Of a DNA stretch of 64,000 nt, positions 41,316 to 50,161 are shown piece after piece. The notes under the pieces are model-generated. The model did no database searches. It saw only the letters and a program-made list of their open reading frames with translations, and was not told the DNA's origin. The stretch lies in assembly GCA_903955385.1 (NCBI GenBank), contig CAJBNH010000118.1, positions 36,045-100,044 of the forward strand, read 5' to 3'. This DNA is from an uncultured Myxococcales bacterium. GTDB lineage: Bacteria; Myxococcota_A; UBA9042. The number at the start of each line of letters is the position of its first letter. Position 1 is the first letter of the stretch. The translations under genes and the position numbers were made by a program.

Positions 41316-41570
41316 AGCCCCTCCCTTGAACATCCCCCCTCGGCAGCCGCCGCGAAGACCGGGGCTGCCGTCGCTCTGAGCGGGACTGCGCAGACCCGGA
41401 CGGTCACCGAACGGGCCCGCGAAGAAGAGCCCCGCCTGCCACGGCAGCACAGGGCCGAGCAACCCCACCTGACGCCAGAGCGCGCCCGGGATAGGGAACG
41501 GAAGGAAGCAGCACCGGGAGTCCCGGAGGCTGCACAGAGAACGCAACCGACTGTCGGGGTGAACGGCCGC

Positions 41571-42266
41571 ATGGCGATCAGCAACACTCCTCAGCAGCAG
41601 CAAGAGGACGCTCGCAAGCGCGAGCCCCGAGTCAACTACCGCATCCGCGTGCCGGAAGTGCGGCTGGTGGGCGTCGAGGGCGAGCAGCTCGGGATCGTGG
41701 CGATCGAAGAGGCCATGCGGATGGCCAACGAGCTCGGCATCGACCTGGTCGAGGTGGCGGCAACCGCCCGCCCCCCGGTCTGTCGGCTCATGGACTACGG
41801 CAAGTTCAAGTACCTGCAGAAGAAGAAGACGGCCGACGCCAAGCGCACCTCGACCCATGTGGAGGTCAAGGAAGTCAAGCTGCGGCCCAAGACCGACCAT
41901 CACGACTATGAGACGAAGCTGAATCAAGCCCGTCGGTTCCTGGTCGATGGCAACCGAGTGAAGATGACCGTCATGTTCCGCGGCCGCGAGATCGCCTATG
42001 CGAACACGCAGCGCGAGCGTTTGATGGAAGTCGCTACGGCCCTGGCCGACTGCTCTGTCGTCGACGTGACGCCGAAGGTCGAGGGTCGCAACATGTCGAT
42101 GATGCTCAACCCGAAGCGTGGCGGCGGTGGCGGCGGCGGAGGCGGGGGTGGAACGCCCAAGCCTGTCGAGCCGGTTGCGCCCGTCTCCCCTGCCCCGGTG
42201 GCTCCGGCTCCGCGGCCGGCCCCCACGGTCACGACCCGCGGTTCGTCCACGGCGCGACCGGAGTAG
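41571..42266 (+). CDS. infC: Translation initiation factor IF-3 with Gly/Pro-rich C-terminal extension
   Basis: RVNYRIRVPEVRLV..DLVEVA..PPVCRLMDYGKFKY..VKEVKLRP..VMFRGRE. Confidence 0.95.
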   Translation: MAISNTPQQQQEDARKREPRVNYRIRVPEVRLVGVEGEQLGIVAIEEAMRMANELGIDLVEVAATARPPVCRLMDYGKFKYLQKKKTADAKRTSTHVEVKEVKLRPKTDHHDYETKLNQARRFLVDGNRVKMTVMFRGREIAYANTQRERLMEVATALADCSVVDVTPKVEGRNMSMMLNPKRGGGGGGGGGGGTPKPVEPVAPVSPAPVAPAPRPAPTVTTRGSSTARPE

Positions 42267-42320
42267 TCCGTTCTTTTCTTAAGTTCACGCGGTGTCGCAG
42301 GCACCGCGGTGGAGTTGGTG

Positions 42321-42518
42321 ATGCCGAAGATCAAGACCAGGCGGGCAGCGGCCAAGCGGTTCAAGGTGACTGGAAGCGGCCGCATCAAGTGCGGATCGGC
42401 CTACCGCCGGCACATCCTCGTCACCAAGTCCACCAAGCGGAAGCGCCAGCTGCGCTCGCCGACGACGCTGGACCGCACGATGGTGGGTTCCGTCAAGGCG
42501 ATGCTGCCGTACGGTTGA
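42321..42518 (+). CDS. rpmI: 50S ribosomal protein L35
   Basis: [37 protein letters not shown]. Confidence 0.96.
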   Translation: MPKIKTRRAAAKRFKVTGSGRIKCGSAYRRHILVTKSTKRKRQLRSPTTLDRTMVGSVKAMLPYG

Positions 42519-42827
42519 CATCGCCGTCGGATGCGCCCGCACGGGCCGGGTCGCCAAACGGTCCGGAACGAACCAAGCGGTCCGCCGGCCGTCGCTTTCC
42601 GGGGGTGACAAACCCCATGGGATACGATAGCTTCGGTTCGCCGGGTCAGACCGAGCGGTGCACTTGCAGCCCCAAGCGGCTGCCCGAAGGCAGCGCCAGA
42701 GAAGCGTAACCATCAGGAAGATGAAGATAGTCGACGGGTTGCAACACGCCGCCGACGCGACACGAAGCGCCGACCAAAGCGAGAATTGGCGCCAGTGCAC
42801 TAGAGAGAGCCCAAAGGAGCAAGTCCG

Positions 42828-43190
42828 ATGCCACGCGTGAAGAGAGGATTCAAGGCCCGCCGTCGCCACAACAAAGTGCTGAAGATGGCCAAGGGCATGC
42901 GGGGCGCCCGTTCGCGTCTGTTTCGTACGGCGCGCGAGCAGGTCTACCGCGGCCTGAAGTTGGCCTTCAAGGAGCGTCGGCGCAAGAAGCGTGAGTTTCG
43001 CGCGCTGTGGATCATCCGCATCAACGCGGCGGTCCGCTCACTCGGGACGCCGTACTCGGTGTTTGCGGGTTGGCTGGCCAAGTCCGGCGTGGCCTTGGAC
43101 CGCAAGGTCCTGGCTGAGCTGGCGCTGACCGACATGGAAGCGTTCAAGGTTGTGTTCAACAAGGTTCGCCTGATCGCCACTGGCGCTTAG
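42828..43190 (+). CDS. rplT: 50S ribosomal protein L20
   Basis: MPRVKRG..ARRRH..RRKKREFRALWIIRINAA..LDRKVLAELA. Confidence 0.96.
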   Translation: MPRVKRGFKARRRHNKVLKMAKGMRGARSRLFRTAREQVYRGLKLAFKERRRKKREFRALWIIRINAAVRSLGTPYSVFAGWLAKSGVALDRKVLAELALTDMEAFKVVFNKVRLIATGA

Positions 43191-43285
43191 GCACCAGATT
43201 CCAGAGCTGACTCCGATCCTGGCACACCCGGGCAGGTGTGCAGCCGACAGGCGGGGCAAGTCCAAACCACAGGAAGGGTACCGAC

Positions 43286-43564
43286 ATGACGAAGGCTGAC
43301 ATCATCGAAGCGGTTTACGAGAAGTTGGGTGGATTCTCCAAGCGGGAGGCGGCCGATCTGGTCGAGCTCGTGTTCGAGACCCTGAAGGACACCCTGACGA
43401 AGCAGGAGAAGGTCAAGATCTCTGGTTTCGGCAACTTCGTCGTCCGCGAAAAGAAGGCCCGCATGGGTCGGAACCCCCAGACCAAGAAGCCGATCGAGAT
43501 CTCGGCCCGTCGCGTGCTGACCTTCAAGCCGTCGCAGGTTCTGAAGCACACGCTGAACACCTGA
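43286..43564 (+). CDS. ihfA: Integration host factor alpha
   Basis: MTKADI..VKISGFGNFVVREKKARMGRNPQT..ISARRVLTFKPSQ. Confidence 0.93.
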   Translation: MTKADIIEAVYEKLGGFSKREAADLVELVFETLKDTLTKQEKVKISGFGNFVVREKKARMGRNPQTKKPIEISARRVLTFKPSQVLKHTLNT

Positions 43565-43687
43565 TTTCGGCGGATTGCACGAGCACGTGGCCCGTCCGAG
43601 GCCCCACTTCGTGGGTGCAGCGGTCGGGCTGCGTGCGTTTGTAGGTCACGCTGCACCTGAGCCCTTTGGGCGCGAGAGGCTGCCGGC

Positions 43688-44254
43688 ATGGAGACCGCAG
43701 ACAAGCTCCCCGACAAGGTCTATTTCCGCATCGGTGAGGTCGCGGAGCTGCTGGGCGTAGAACCCCATGTGGTCCGCTTCTGGCAACAGCAGTTCCCCAC
43801 GGTACGGCCCGAGCGGTCAGCGGCGGGACGCTATCTGTATGCCAAGCCCACCGTCGAGCGCCTGTTCCGCATCCGTCAACTGCTCTACGCGGAGGGTTAC
43901 ACCATCGCTGGGGCCAAGCGCGCCTTGGCGACCGGGGCCGCTGGCCGCAGCCGAAAGGCCGACGCTAGCGGTGGCGTTGCAGAAGTCGCTGCGCCTGCTG
44001 AGGTTGCCGTTGCTGCATCGGTGGCCGTCACCGACAACGGTGAGGCGACGCGCCGACAGGTGGAGCTCGAGAGCGAAGTCGAGCGGCTGCGGCGGGATCT
44101 GCGGGCGCTGACCGCACGGTTGGAGGCTTCGCAGGTGAGTGAGACAGACCTCCGCTCTCGGCTGGACGGTGCCCGCGCTCGCGAGAGGGCCGTGCTCCTC
44201 GAGTGCTTGGCCGAAGTCGACAATCTCGCTGCGGCGCTGACTCCCTCCCACTGA
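43688..44254 (+). CDS. MerR-family regulator (the usual ihfA neighbour) with C-terminal coiled coil
   Basis: PDKVYFRIGEVAELLGVEPHVVRFW..LLYAEGYTIAGA. Confidence 0.9.
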   Translation: METADKLPDKVYFRIGEVAELLGVEPHVVRFWQQQFPTVRPERSAAGRYLYAKPTVERLFRIRQLLYAEGYTIAGAKRALATGAAGRSRKADASGGVAEVAAPAEVAVAASVAVTDNGEATRRQVELESEVERLRRDLRALTARLEASQVSETDLRSRLDGARARERAVLLECLAEVDNLAAALTPSH

Positions 44255-44366
44255 ATTCGCCCGACGCGGGTCCTGCGGACGCTTGGAACCGGTGACCCCG
44301 GCGAACGAGTGTGGTATGCAGCCGCGCCCCGCGCCAACCGGCGCCCATTCCCGGACACGCGAACCC

Positions 44367-45128
44367 ATGCCCGACGACCTGCTCAATCCAGGCGGCCCCT
44401 TGCCGCGCCCGAACGCCGAACTCGAGGCTCGCGCCGAGGAGATCTGCAGCCGCCTGCTGATCGAGCGGTACGTGCCCAAGCGCAACTATCGGGATCTGCT
44501 CCTGGATGACGAACTGCGCGCCATCGTGGCCCGGCGGCTCGGCGGAGTCGGGTTGCAGCTGGTCGAGTCGTTTACCTCCGACTGGTTCGCCGTGCGGCTG
44601 AAGCGGGAGGTCGAGGCGGACGTGTCGTTCGACTGGGCGACGAACAGCCGGATGCCGCGCGGGGCGGTGGCGCTGCTGGTGATCCTGTGGGCCAAGCTTG
44701 TGCTTCCCAAGCGGATTTCAGCCACCGAGACCGCGCTGCGCCGGACGCTGGTTGCCGACGATGACCAAGCGAGCGCTCCCGCTGAGGAGGCCCCGCTGGC
44801 CGTCGCTGCTGCCGAGAAGCCTGCTGTGCCGCCGGTGCCTACCGTGAGTCGCGATGCGTTGTATGCGGAATTCGGACGAAAGTTCGGCAAGACGTCGTTT
44901 GCCCGCTATGTCGGGCAGCTGAAGAACGCCGGCTTTCTCCTCGAAGACCGGCTGGGCAACCTGCGCGAGGGGCCACTGCTCGACCTGCTGGTTGACGGTG
45001 TCGAGATGGCGCAGAAGCTGCGGGACTCGGTGCTGTGGGACCTGCTGGAGCGCGATGGCGGCGCGGACCCGCTGGACGACGAGGCGGACGACGCCCCGAG
45101 CGACGACGACACGGGCGACGACGCCTGA
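44367..45128 (+). CDS. Probable KITE subunit (MksE/JetB-like tandem winged helix)
   Basis: About 253 aa directly upstream of an SMC ATPase; ALLVILW..VSRDALYAEF..LKNAGFL..GPLLDL pattern; acidic tail. Confidence 0.6.
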   Translation: MPDDLLNPGGPLPRPNAELEARAEEICSRLLIERYVPKRNYRDLLLDDELRAIVARRLGGVGLQLVESFTSDWFAVRLKREVEADVSFDWATNSRMPRGAVALLVILWAKLVLPKRISATETALRRTLVADDDQASAPAEEAPLAVAAAEKPAVPPVPTVSRDALYAEFGRKFGKTSFARYVGQLKNAGFLLEDRLGNLREGPLLDLLVDGVEMAQKLRDSVLWDLLERDGGADPLDDEADDAPSDDDTGDDA

Positions 45129-45166
45129 CCTGAGAACGGGCCAGGCCCGCGGAGTGCACGCGCACG

Positions 45167-47962
45167 ATGTTCACGTTCAAGTGGATCGAGATGATGAACT
45201 GGGACTTCTGGTCCCATGTCCGCCTGCCGCTGGACGAGCAGGTGGTGCTCATCGCAGGGCCGAATGGCTCCGGCAAGACGACGCTGCTCGACGCGCTGCG
45301 GGTGCTGCTGAACGCCCGCAAGCTGTCGACCTCGCGCAAGATGCCCCAATACCTTCGCGATGATACGGGCGTTGCCGTCATCAAGGCGGTGGTCACCAAC
45401 CCGTTGAAGCGGGGCACCGGGCGGCGGCCGTTCTCCACGCGCGGACTGTTTGACGAGGAAGTCACGATCGCGTGCGTGCTGGAGCGCAAACAAGGCGGCT
45501 GGCAGCGGCGCTACCTGATCACCGGCGGAGATGCGAGTATCGAGCAATTGCGGGCACTTCCGCGTGGTCTTGGGCCAGAGGAGTACTCTCGGGCGCTGGA
45601 GGATGCCCACGTCCCGCGCACGCTGCTGAAGATTCTGGCGCTGGAGCAGGGCGAGACCCACAAGCTCGCCTCGCGCACCCCCGAACAGCTGCTGGAATAC
45701 GTGCTGGAGCTTCAGGGCGACAAGCAGGTGCTGGACCGCTACGCCGACGCGCGCTCGACCTATCTGGGTGGCCAGCGGGATCTGGAAGAGTACGAAAACC
45801 GCCTGAAGATGATGGCGATGCACGTCGATGTGCTGCGCCGCGACGCTGAGCAGTACCGCGAGCTGCAGGTGCTGACCGAGCAGGAACGCGAGGTTCGCGA
45901 CATCCGCCTTCCGGCTGCAAGGTTGGCGGGACTGGTGCGCGAGCTGACGGACCTGGAGCGCGAGCAGTCGCGGGCCAAGCTGCTGCTGGACAACGCGGAC
46001 GGGGTGCTTGCGGGTTTCAGCATGGAATCTGCGGCCTTGCGCGAGGAGGTCGAGACCGTTCGGTCCGGCATCGAGCAGAAGCGCGCGGCCTATCAGGAGC
46101 TGCTGAAGGACAAGGAGCGGCTGGACGGCCAGTACCGCGACCTGAAGCGCGACGAGGCGGAGCTGGCTGAGCTGGGCGGTCCCGGTGCGGTGGGCGATGC
46201 GCCTCCCGAGGCAGAGGCCTTGCGTCTGGAGCGTGGGCGCCTGGTTGCCGCAGAGGCGTCGACCCGCGGAGAATTGCAACGGGTCCTGCAAAAGATCAGT
46301 GACTTGCGGGCAGAGCTGTCGACGCTGGATCGGGGTGAGAAGCGGTCGCCGCCCGAGTGGGTCTCCCAAATGCTACGGGAGCTCCGCGTCGAGGGAATCG
46401 AAGCCGCCATCGTGGCGGATCTGGTCGAGATTCAGGACCCGCGGTGGCAGGTGGCGGTCGAGTCGATCCTGGGGCGCGAGCGCTTCACGGTGCTGGTCGG
46501 TGCCGAGCAACAGCTGGCCGCGCGCAAGATCGCCCAGCGATTGAAGTATCGGTGCTACGTCGAGCCTTGGGGCAGCCCGCAGCGGCCTCAGGTTCGGGCG
46601 GGGTCTGCGCTTTCGGTCGTGAGCCTGACGGACAAGCGGGTGCCGGAAACCGTCGTGCACATGCTGAATTCCGTGCAGCTGGTGGAGTCGGTCGAGGAGG
46701 GGCACCGGCTGGGGCGGTCGACCTCGATCACGCCCGACGGCTATCGGCAGGACACACGCGGCGGCATCTTTGTGGGCGTGTCGGACCTGTACTGCGGGTC
46801 GAGCGCGGGAGGCCACCGCCGCGGCCAGATCGAGAGTGAACTCGGGCAGATGCGCCAACTGCGCGATGGGCTGGAGGCGAGTCTTGCGCCGGGTGGGCGG
46901 CGGATCGCGCAGATCGACGAGCTGCTGCTGTCGGACAAGGTGCGCGACAAGGTGCTGCGGCGCATCGGTGACGCATCGACGCTGGTTGAGCGGATCGCCG
47001 GGCTGGCGGACCAGCGGCGCGCGATGACCGAGCGCTTGATGAACCTGCTGAGCGAGATCGACGCCGACAACAATGTGGTGCTGGATCGCGAGCGGCGGGT
47101 GTCGCTGATCGAGTACCGCAACCGCGAGTCGATCATCGAGCGCGATCGCGCGCGGGCGGGCGTGGCCTCTGTGGAGGCCCGACGGCTGCGCATCGTCAGC
47201 GAAGTCGAAGACTTGCGCGCGTCGGTGCCGGTCGAGATGCAGACCGAAGCGGCGCGCGAGCTGCTGGAGTCCGAGGTCACGCTGATCGAACGGCTGAACC
47301 TGGTGCGCGAGCGGATCAGCCGCTTCGAGGGCAATCGAGACCCACGCGCCGTCGGCATTTGGGAGCGCGCGTCGGCGGATCTGGCCGAACACGAACGCAC
47401 GCTGGTCACGCAACGCAGGGATCTGACACACGGATCCGATGAGCTGCAGCTGGCGCGCACCGCGTACAAGCGCGTGGTCGCCGAGACGATTCGCCGCTAC
47501 CGCACCAACGTCCTGCGGCTGGGCGAGCTGTGTCGGGTCGAGGTTCAGGTCAAGACCCCGGGCGCCGACCTGCTGAAGGACGACAGTGAAGACCTGTTGG
47601 GCAAGGCCGGTCTGGAAGTCCGCATCGGCTTCGACGGCAAGAAGCCCGTTGCGGTCGACGACCCCAAGCTCTCGGGCGGTCAGTCCGTGGTGGCCAGCCT
47701 GATCCTGCTGATGGCCCTGACGATGCAGGACGGCACTGACGCTGCTGGCTTCTTCATCCTGGACGAGCCGTTTGCCCACCTGTCGGTCGAGCGCATCGAC
47801 GAGGTTGCCCGCTTCCTGCAGGTGACCCGGGCGCAGTTCATCATCACGACGCCGACGACGCACAACCTGCTGGTGTACAACCCCGCGCAATTGACGCTGA
47901 ATCTGCGCAAGAAGGGCGGAACCGAGCGACACGCCCCGGTGCCGACGTTCCTGCGGCGGTAG
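45167..47962 (+). CDS. SMC-like ATPase (MksB/JetC-like)
   Basis: N-terminal NW motif and GPNGSGKTT; two coiled-coil arms around a hinge (VADLVEI..WQVAVESILG..ITPDG); LSGGQ signature; FILDEPFAHL. Confidence 0.88.
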   Translation: MFTFKWIEMMNWDFWSHVRLPLDEQVVLIAGPNGSGKTTLLDALRVLLNARKLSTSRKMPQYLRDDTGVAVIKAVVTNPLKRGTGRRPFSTRGLFDEEVTIACVLERKQGGWQRRYLITGGDASIEQLRALPRGLGPEEYSRALEDAHVPRTLLKILALEQGETHKLASRTPEQLLEYVLELQGDKQVLDRYADARSTYLGGQRDLEEYENRLKMMAMHVDVLRRDAEQYRELQVLTEQEREVRDIRLPAARLAGLVRELTDLEREQSRAKLLLDNADGVLAGFSMESAALREEVETVRSGIEQKRAAYQELLKDKERLDGQYRDLKRDEAELAELGGPGAVGDAPPEAEALRLERGRLVAAEASTRGELQRVLQKISDLRAELSTLDRGEKRSPPEWVSQMLRELRVEGIEAAIVADLVEIQDPRWQVAVESILGRERFTVLVGAEQQLAARKIAQRLKYRCYVEPWGSPQRPQVRAGSALSVVSLTDKRVPETVVHMLNSVQLVESVEEGHRLGRSTSITPDGYRQDTRGGIFVGVSDLYCGSSAGGHRRGQIESELGQMRQLRDGLEASLAPGGRRIAQIDELLLSDKVRDKVLRRIGDASTLVERIAGLADQRRAMTERLMNLLSEIDADNNVVLDRERRVSLIEYRNRESIIERDRARAGVASVEARRLRIVSEVEDLRASVPVEMQTEAARELLESEVTLIERLNLVRERISRFEGNRDPRAVGIWERASADLAEHERTLVTQRRDLTHGSDELQLARTAYKRVVAETIRRYRTNVLRLGELCRVEVQVKTPGADLLKDDSEDLLGKAGLEVRIGFDGKKPVAVDDPKLSGGQSVVASLILLMALTMQDGTDAAGFFILDEPFAHLSVERIDEVARFLQVTRAQFIITTPTTHNLLVYNPAQLTLNLRKKGGTERHAPVPTFLRR

Positions 47963-47971
47963 GCGGAAGTC

Positions 47972-48772
47972 CTAAGTCAGGGGATCGACCAGCTCGACCC
48001 GCAACCGCTCGCCAAACAAGCGGATCGCGTTGGCGGTGGTCGCTGCTTGGGCCAACTCGAACGACAGGCCCTTGAGCTCGGCGACCTTGGTCAGGGTCTC
48101 ACGGACGAAGCGGGGCTCGTTGCGCTCGCCGCGGTGGGGCATCGGCGCAAGGAAGGGCGAGTCGGTCTCGACCAGCAGGCGGTCGAGGGGCGTGGCGGCC
48201 AGAACCTCGACCAGTTCTCCAGGCTTGCGAAAGGTCACGATGCCGGGGATCGACAGGTGAAAGCCGAGATCCAGCGCCTCGAGCGCAAACCGCCGCGTCC
48301 CTGAAAAGCAGTGGATGACGCCCCCCACCTCTGCGGCGTTTTCTTCGCGCAGCACGCGCAGGGTCTCGGGCTCTGCGTTTCGCGTGTGGATGCACAGCGG
48401 CTTGTGCAGCGCGCGGGCGAGGCGGACGTGCTCGCGGAACACGGCTTCCTGCTCGACCGGGGTCGAGTGGTGGTAGTGGAAGTCAAAGCCGGTTTCGCCA
48501 ATCGCCACGACTTCGGGCGCCTGACACAACTGGCTGATCTGCAACCACAAGGTCTCGTCCCAGTCTTCTGCATCGTGCGGGTGGATGCCGCAGATCGCGC
48601 TGACGCCTGGGTGCTGACGGGCCGCGGCAAGCGCCGACTCGGCTTCTGCCAGGTCACCGCCCGCCCCCACGCAAATGACGTGACGAACTCCGGCGGCTAC
48701 GGCTCGAGCGAGGACCGCTGGCGTCCCCCCTTCGTAGCCCTCCATCGCGATGTGCGCGTGCGTGTCGATCAT
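47972..48772 (-). CDS. tatD: TatD family nuclease
   Basis: MIDTHAH, GIHPH, AIGETGFDF, IHTRNA, IHCFSG, LVETDSPFLAP..RNEP. Confidence 0.95.
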   Translation of the reverse strand: MIDTHAHIAMEGYEGGTPAVLARAVAAGVRHVICVGAGGDLAEAESALAAARQHPGVSAICGIHPHDAEDWDETLWLQISQLCQAPEVVAIGETGFDFHYHHSTPVEQEAVFREHVRLARALHKPLCIHTRNAEPETLRVLREENAAEVGGVIHCFSGTRRFALEALDLGFHLSIPGIVTFRKPGELVEVLAATPLDRLLVETDSPFLAPMPHRGERNEPRFVRETLTKVAELKGLSFELAQAATTANAIRLFGERLRVELVDPLT

Positions 48773-49950
48773 GCGCCGGGCGTTTCGCGGGCAACCGGAT
48801 GCTGACCGGTCGGACGACGCCCTTCGGCGATCTTCTGGCTGGTTCCGCGACGGTCGCGGCGCACGTCCTGGTCGACGGGCTCGCCCGTCTCCTTGCGGTG
48901 GCGCTCGAGGTCGAGACGCATCAGCTCGTCCATCTCGGAGATCGCCCGCATCAGCATGTCCTGACGCGTGCGGTACGGCTGGAAGGCAGACTTGAAGCCG
49001 TTGATGATCACCTCGCGCACGTCGCTGATCGACACGTCGAAGTTGTTGATCCACAACATGTACTCGTCGGTGACCGTCGTATCGGTGACCAGGCGGTTGT
49101 CGGTGTTGATCGTCACCCGAATGCCGAGGTCGTGATAGAACTGGATCGGGTGGTTCTCCACGCTGTCGACGGCGCGGGTCTGGACGTTGGACTTCAGGCA
49201 GATCTCCAACGGAATCCGGTGGTCCGCCACGAAGTTCAGCAGGTCACCGTCCTCGCGCAGCCGGGTACCGTGACCGATGCGGTGCGCGCCACAGTCGTGC
49301 AACGCCTGATGCACGCTCTCTGGGCCAAACGCCTCTCCCGCGTGGGCAGTGCAGTTGACGTTGTTCGACCGGATCAGGTGGAACGACGCGGCGTGCTTGC
49401 GGGCCTGGAAGCCGTCCTCAGCACCGGCGAGGTCGAAGGCGACAACGCCTTTGTTCTTGTACGCCACAGCCAATTCCGCAAGGCGCAGCGACCACTTCGG
49501 GTCCGCGTGACGCAGGGCGCTGATGATGAGACCCGAGCGAATGCCGTACTTGGTCTTGCCGTCGCGCAAACCGGCCAGCACCGCCTCAACGATGGTGGTC
49601 AGCGGCAGCCCCTTCTGAATGTGCAGCATGGGGCAGTAGCGCACTTCCATGTAGTGCACGTTCTCGGCCGCCGCATCCTCGGCCAGCTCGAGCGCCGCGC
49701 GGTACAGACCTTCCTCGGTCTGCAGCACCGAGTTGGTGATGTCGAAGCCTCGCAGGTAGTCCGTCAGGGAGTGGCAGACGTCGCCCGCCATGATGAGGCC
49801 CGCCAGCTTGTCGGGGTCGTGGGTGGGCAGCTTGACCTTCTGCTCTTGGGCCAGCTCGAGGATGGTCGGGATGCGCATCGAGCCATCGAGGTGGACATGC
49901 AAATCGGTCTTGGGCAGGCGCTGGATCAGGTCATAAGTAGGCTTGTACAT
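48769..49950 (-). CDS. add: Adenosine deaminase (alternative start 50037)
   Basis: LPKTDLHVHLDGS, FDLAGAE, TAHAGEA, RIGHG, INTDN. Confidence 0.92.
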   Translation of the reverse strand: MYKPTYDLIQRLPKTDLHVHLDGSMRIPTILELAQEQKVKLPTHDPDKLAGLIMAGDVCHSLTDYLRGFDITNSVLQTEEGLYRAALELAEDAAAENVHYMEVRYCPMLHIQKGLPLTTIVEAVLAGLRDGKTKYGIRSGLIISALRHADPKWSLRLAELAVAYKNKGVVAFDLAGAEDGFQARKHAASFHLIRSNNVNCTAHAGEAFGPESVHQALHDCGAHRIGHGTRLREDGDLLNFVADHRIPLEICLKSNVQTRAVDSVENHPIQFYHDLGIRVTINTDNRLVTDTTVTDEYMLWINNFDVSISDVREVIINGFKSAFQPYRTRQDMLMRAISEMDELMRLDLERHRKETGEPVDQDVRRDRRGTSQKIAEGRRPTGQHPVARETPGA

Positions 49951-50161
49951 GGAATTCCTGGTGCCGGTGGACGCGGTCTGGGCGGTCTTGGTGGAGGGAA
50001 CGGACCGGCCTGGTTTGCGGGGGGAAGACGTCGGCATGGAACGGGTGCCTCAGGGAAATTTGGCGCATTGTAGCCCTCGCGGCCGCGTGGGTCGAGCCGG
50101 GAGTCGCTGGCGCTGTCGCCGCGGGGTGGACGGCAACCGGTCCCGCTTCTATGCTCGGGTC

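Noticed and set aside
41490..41520. GGAAGGAAGCAGC resembling the SRP (4.5S) RNA core
   Set aside because: The upstream bases (AGGGAAC) cannot form the helix-8 stem (CAGGTCC expected) and no long enclosing hairpin is evident
41271..41570. 100-codon N-terminal extension of infC in the ORF track
   Set aside because: It starts inside the tRNA gene and has no IF3 similarity
47972..48772. TatD as the nuclease effector of the SMC module
   Set aside because: It is convergent, coupled to add, and looks like an ordinary housekeeping TatD
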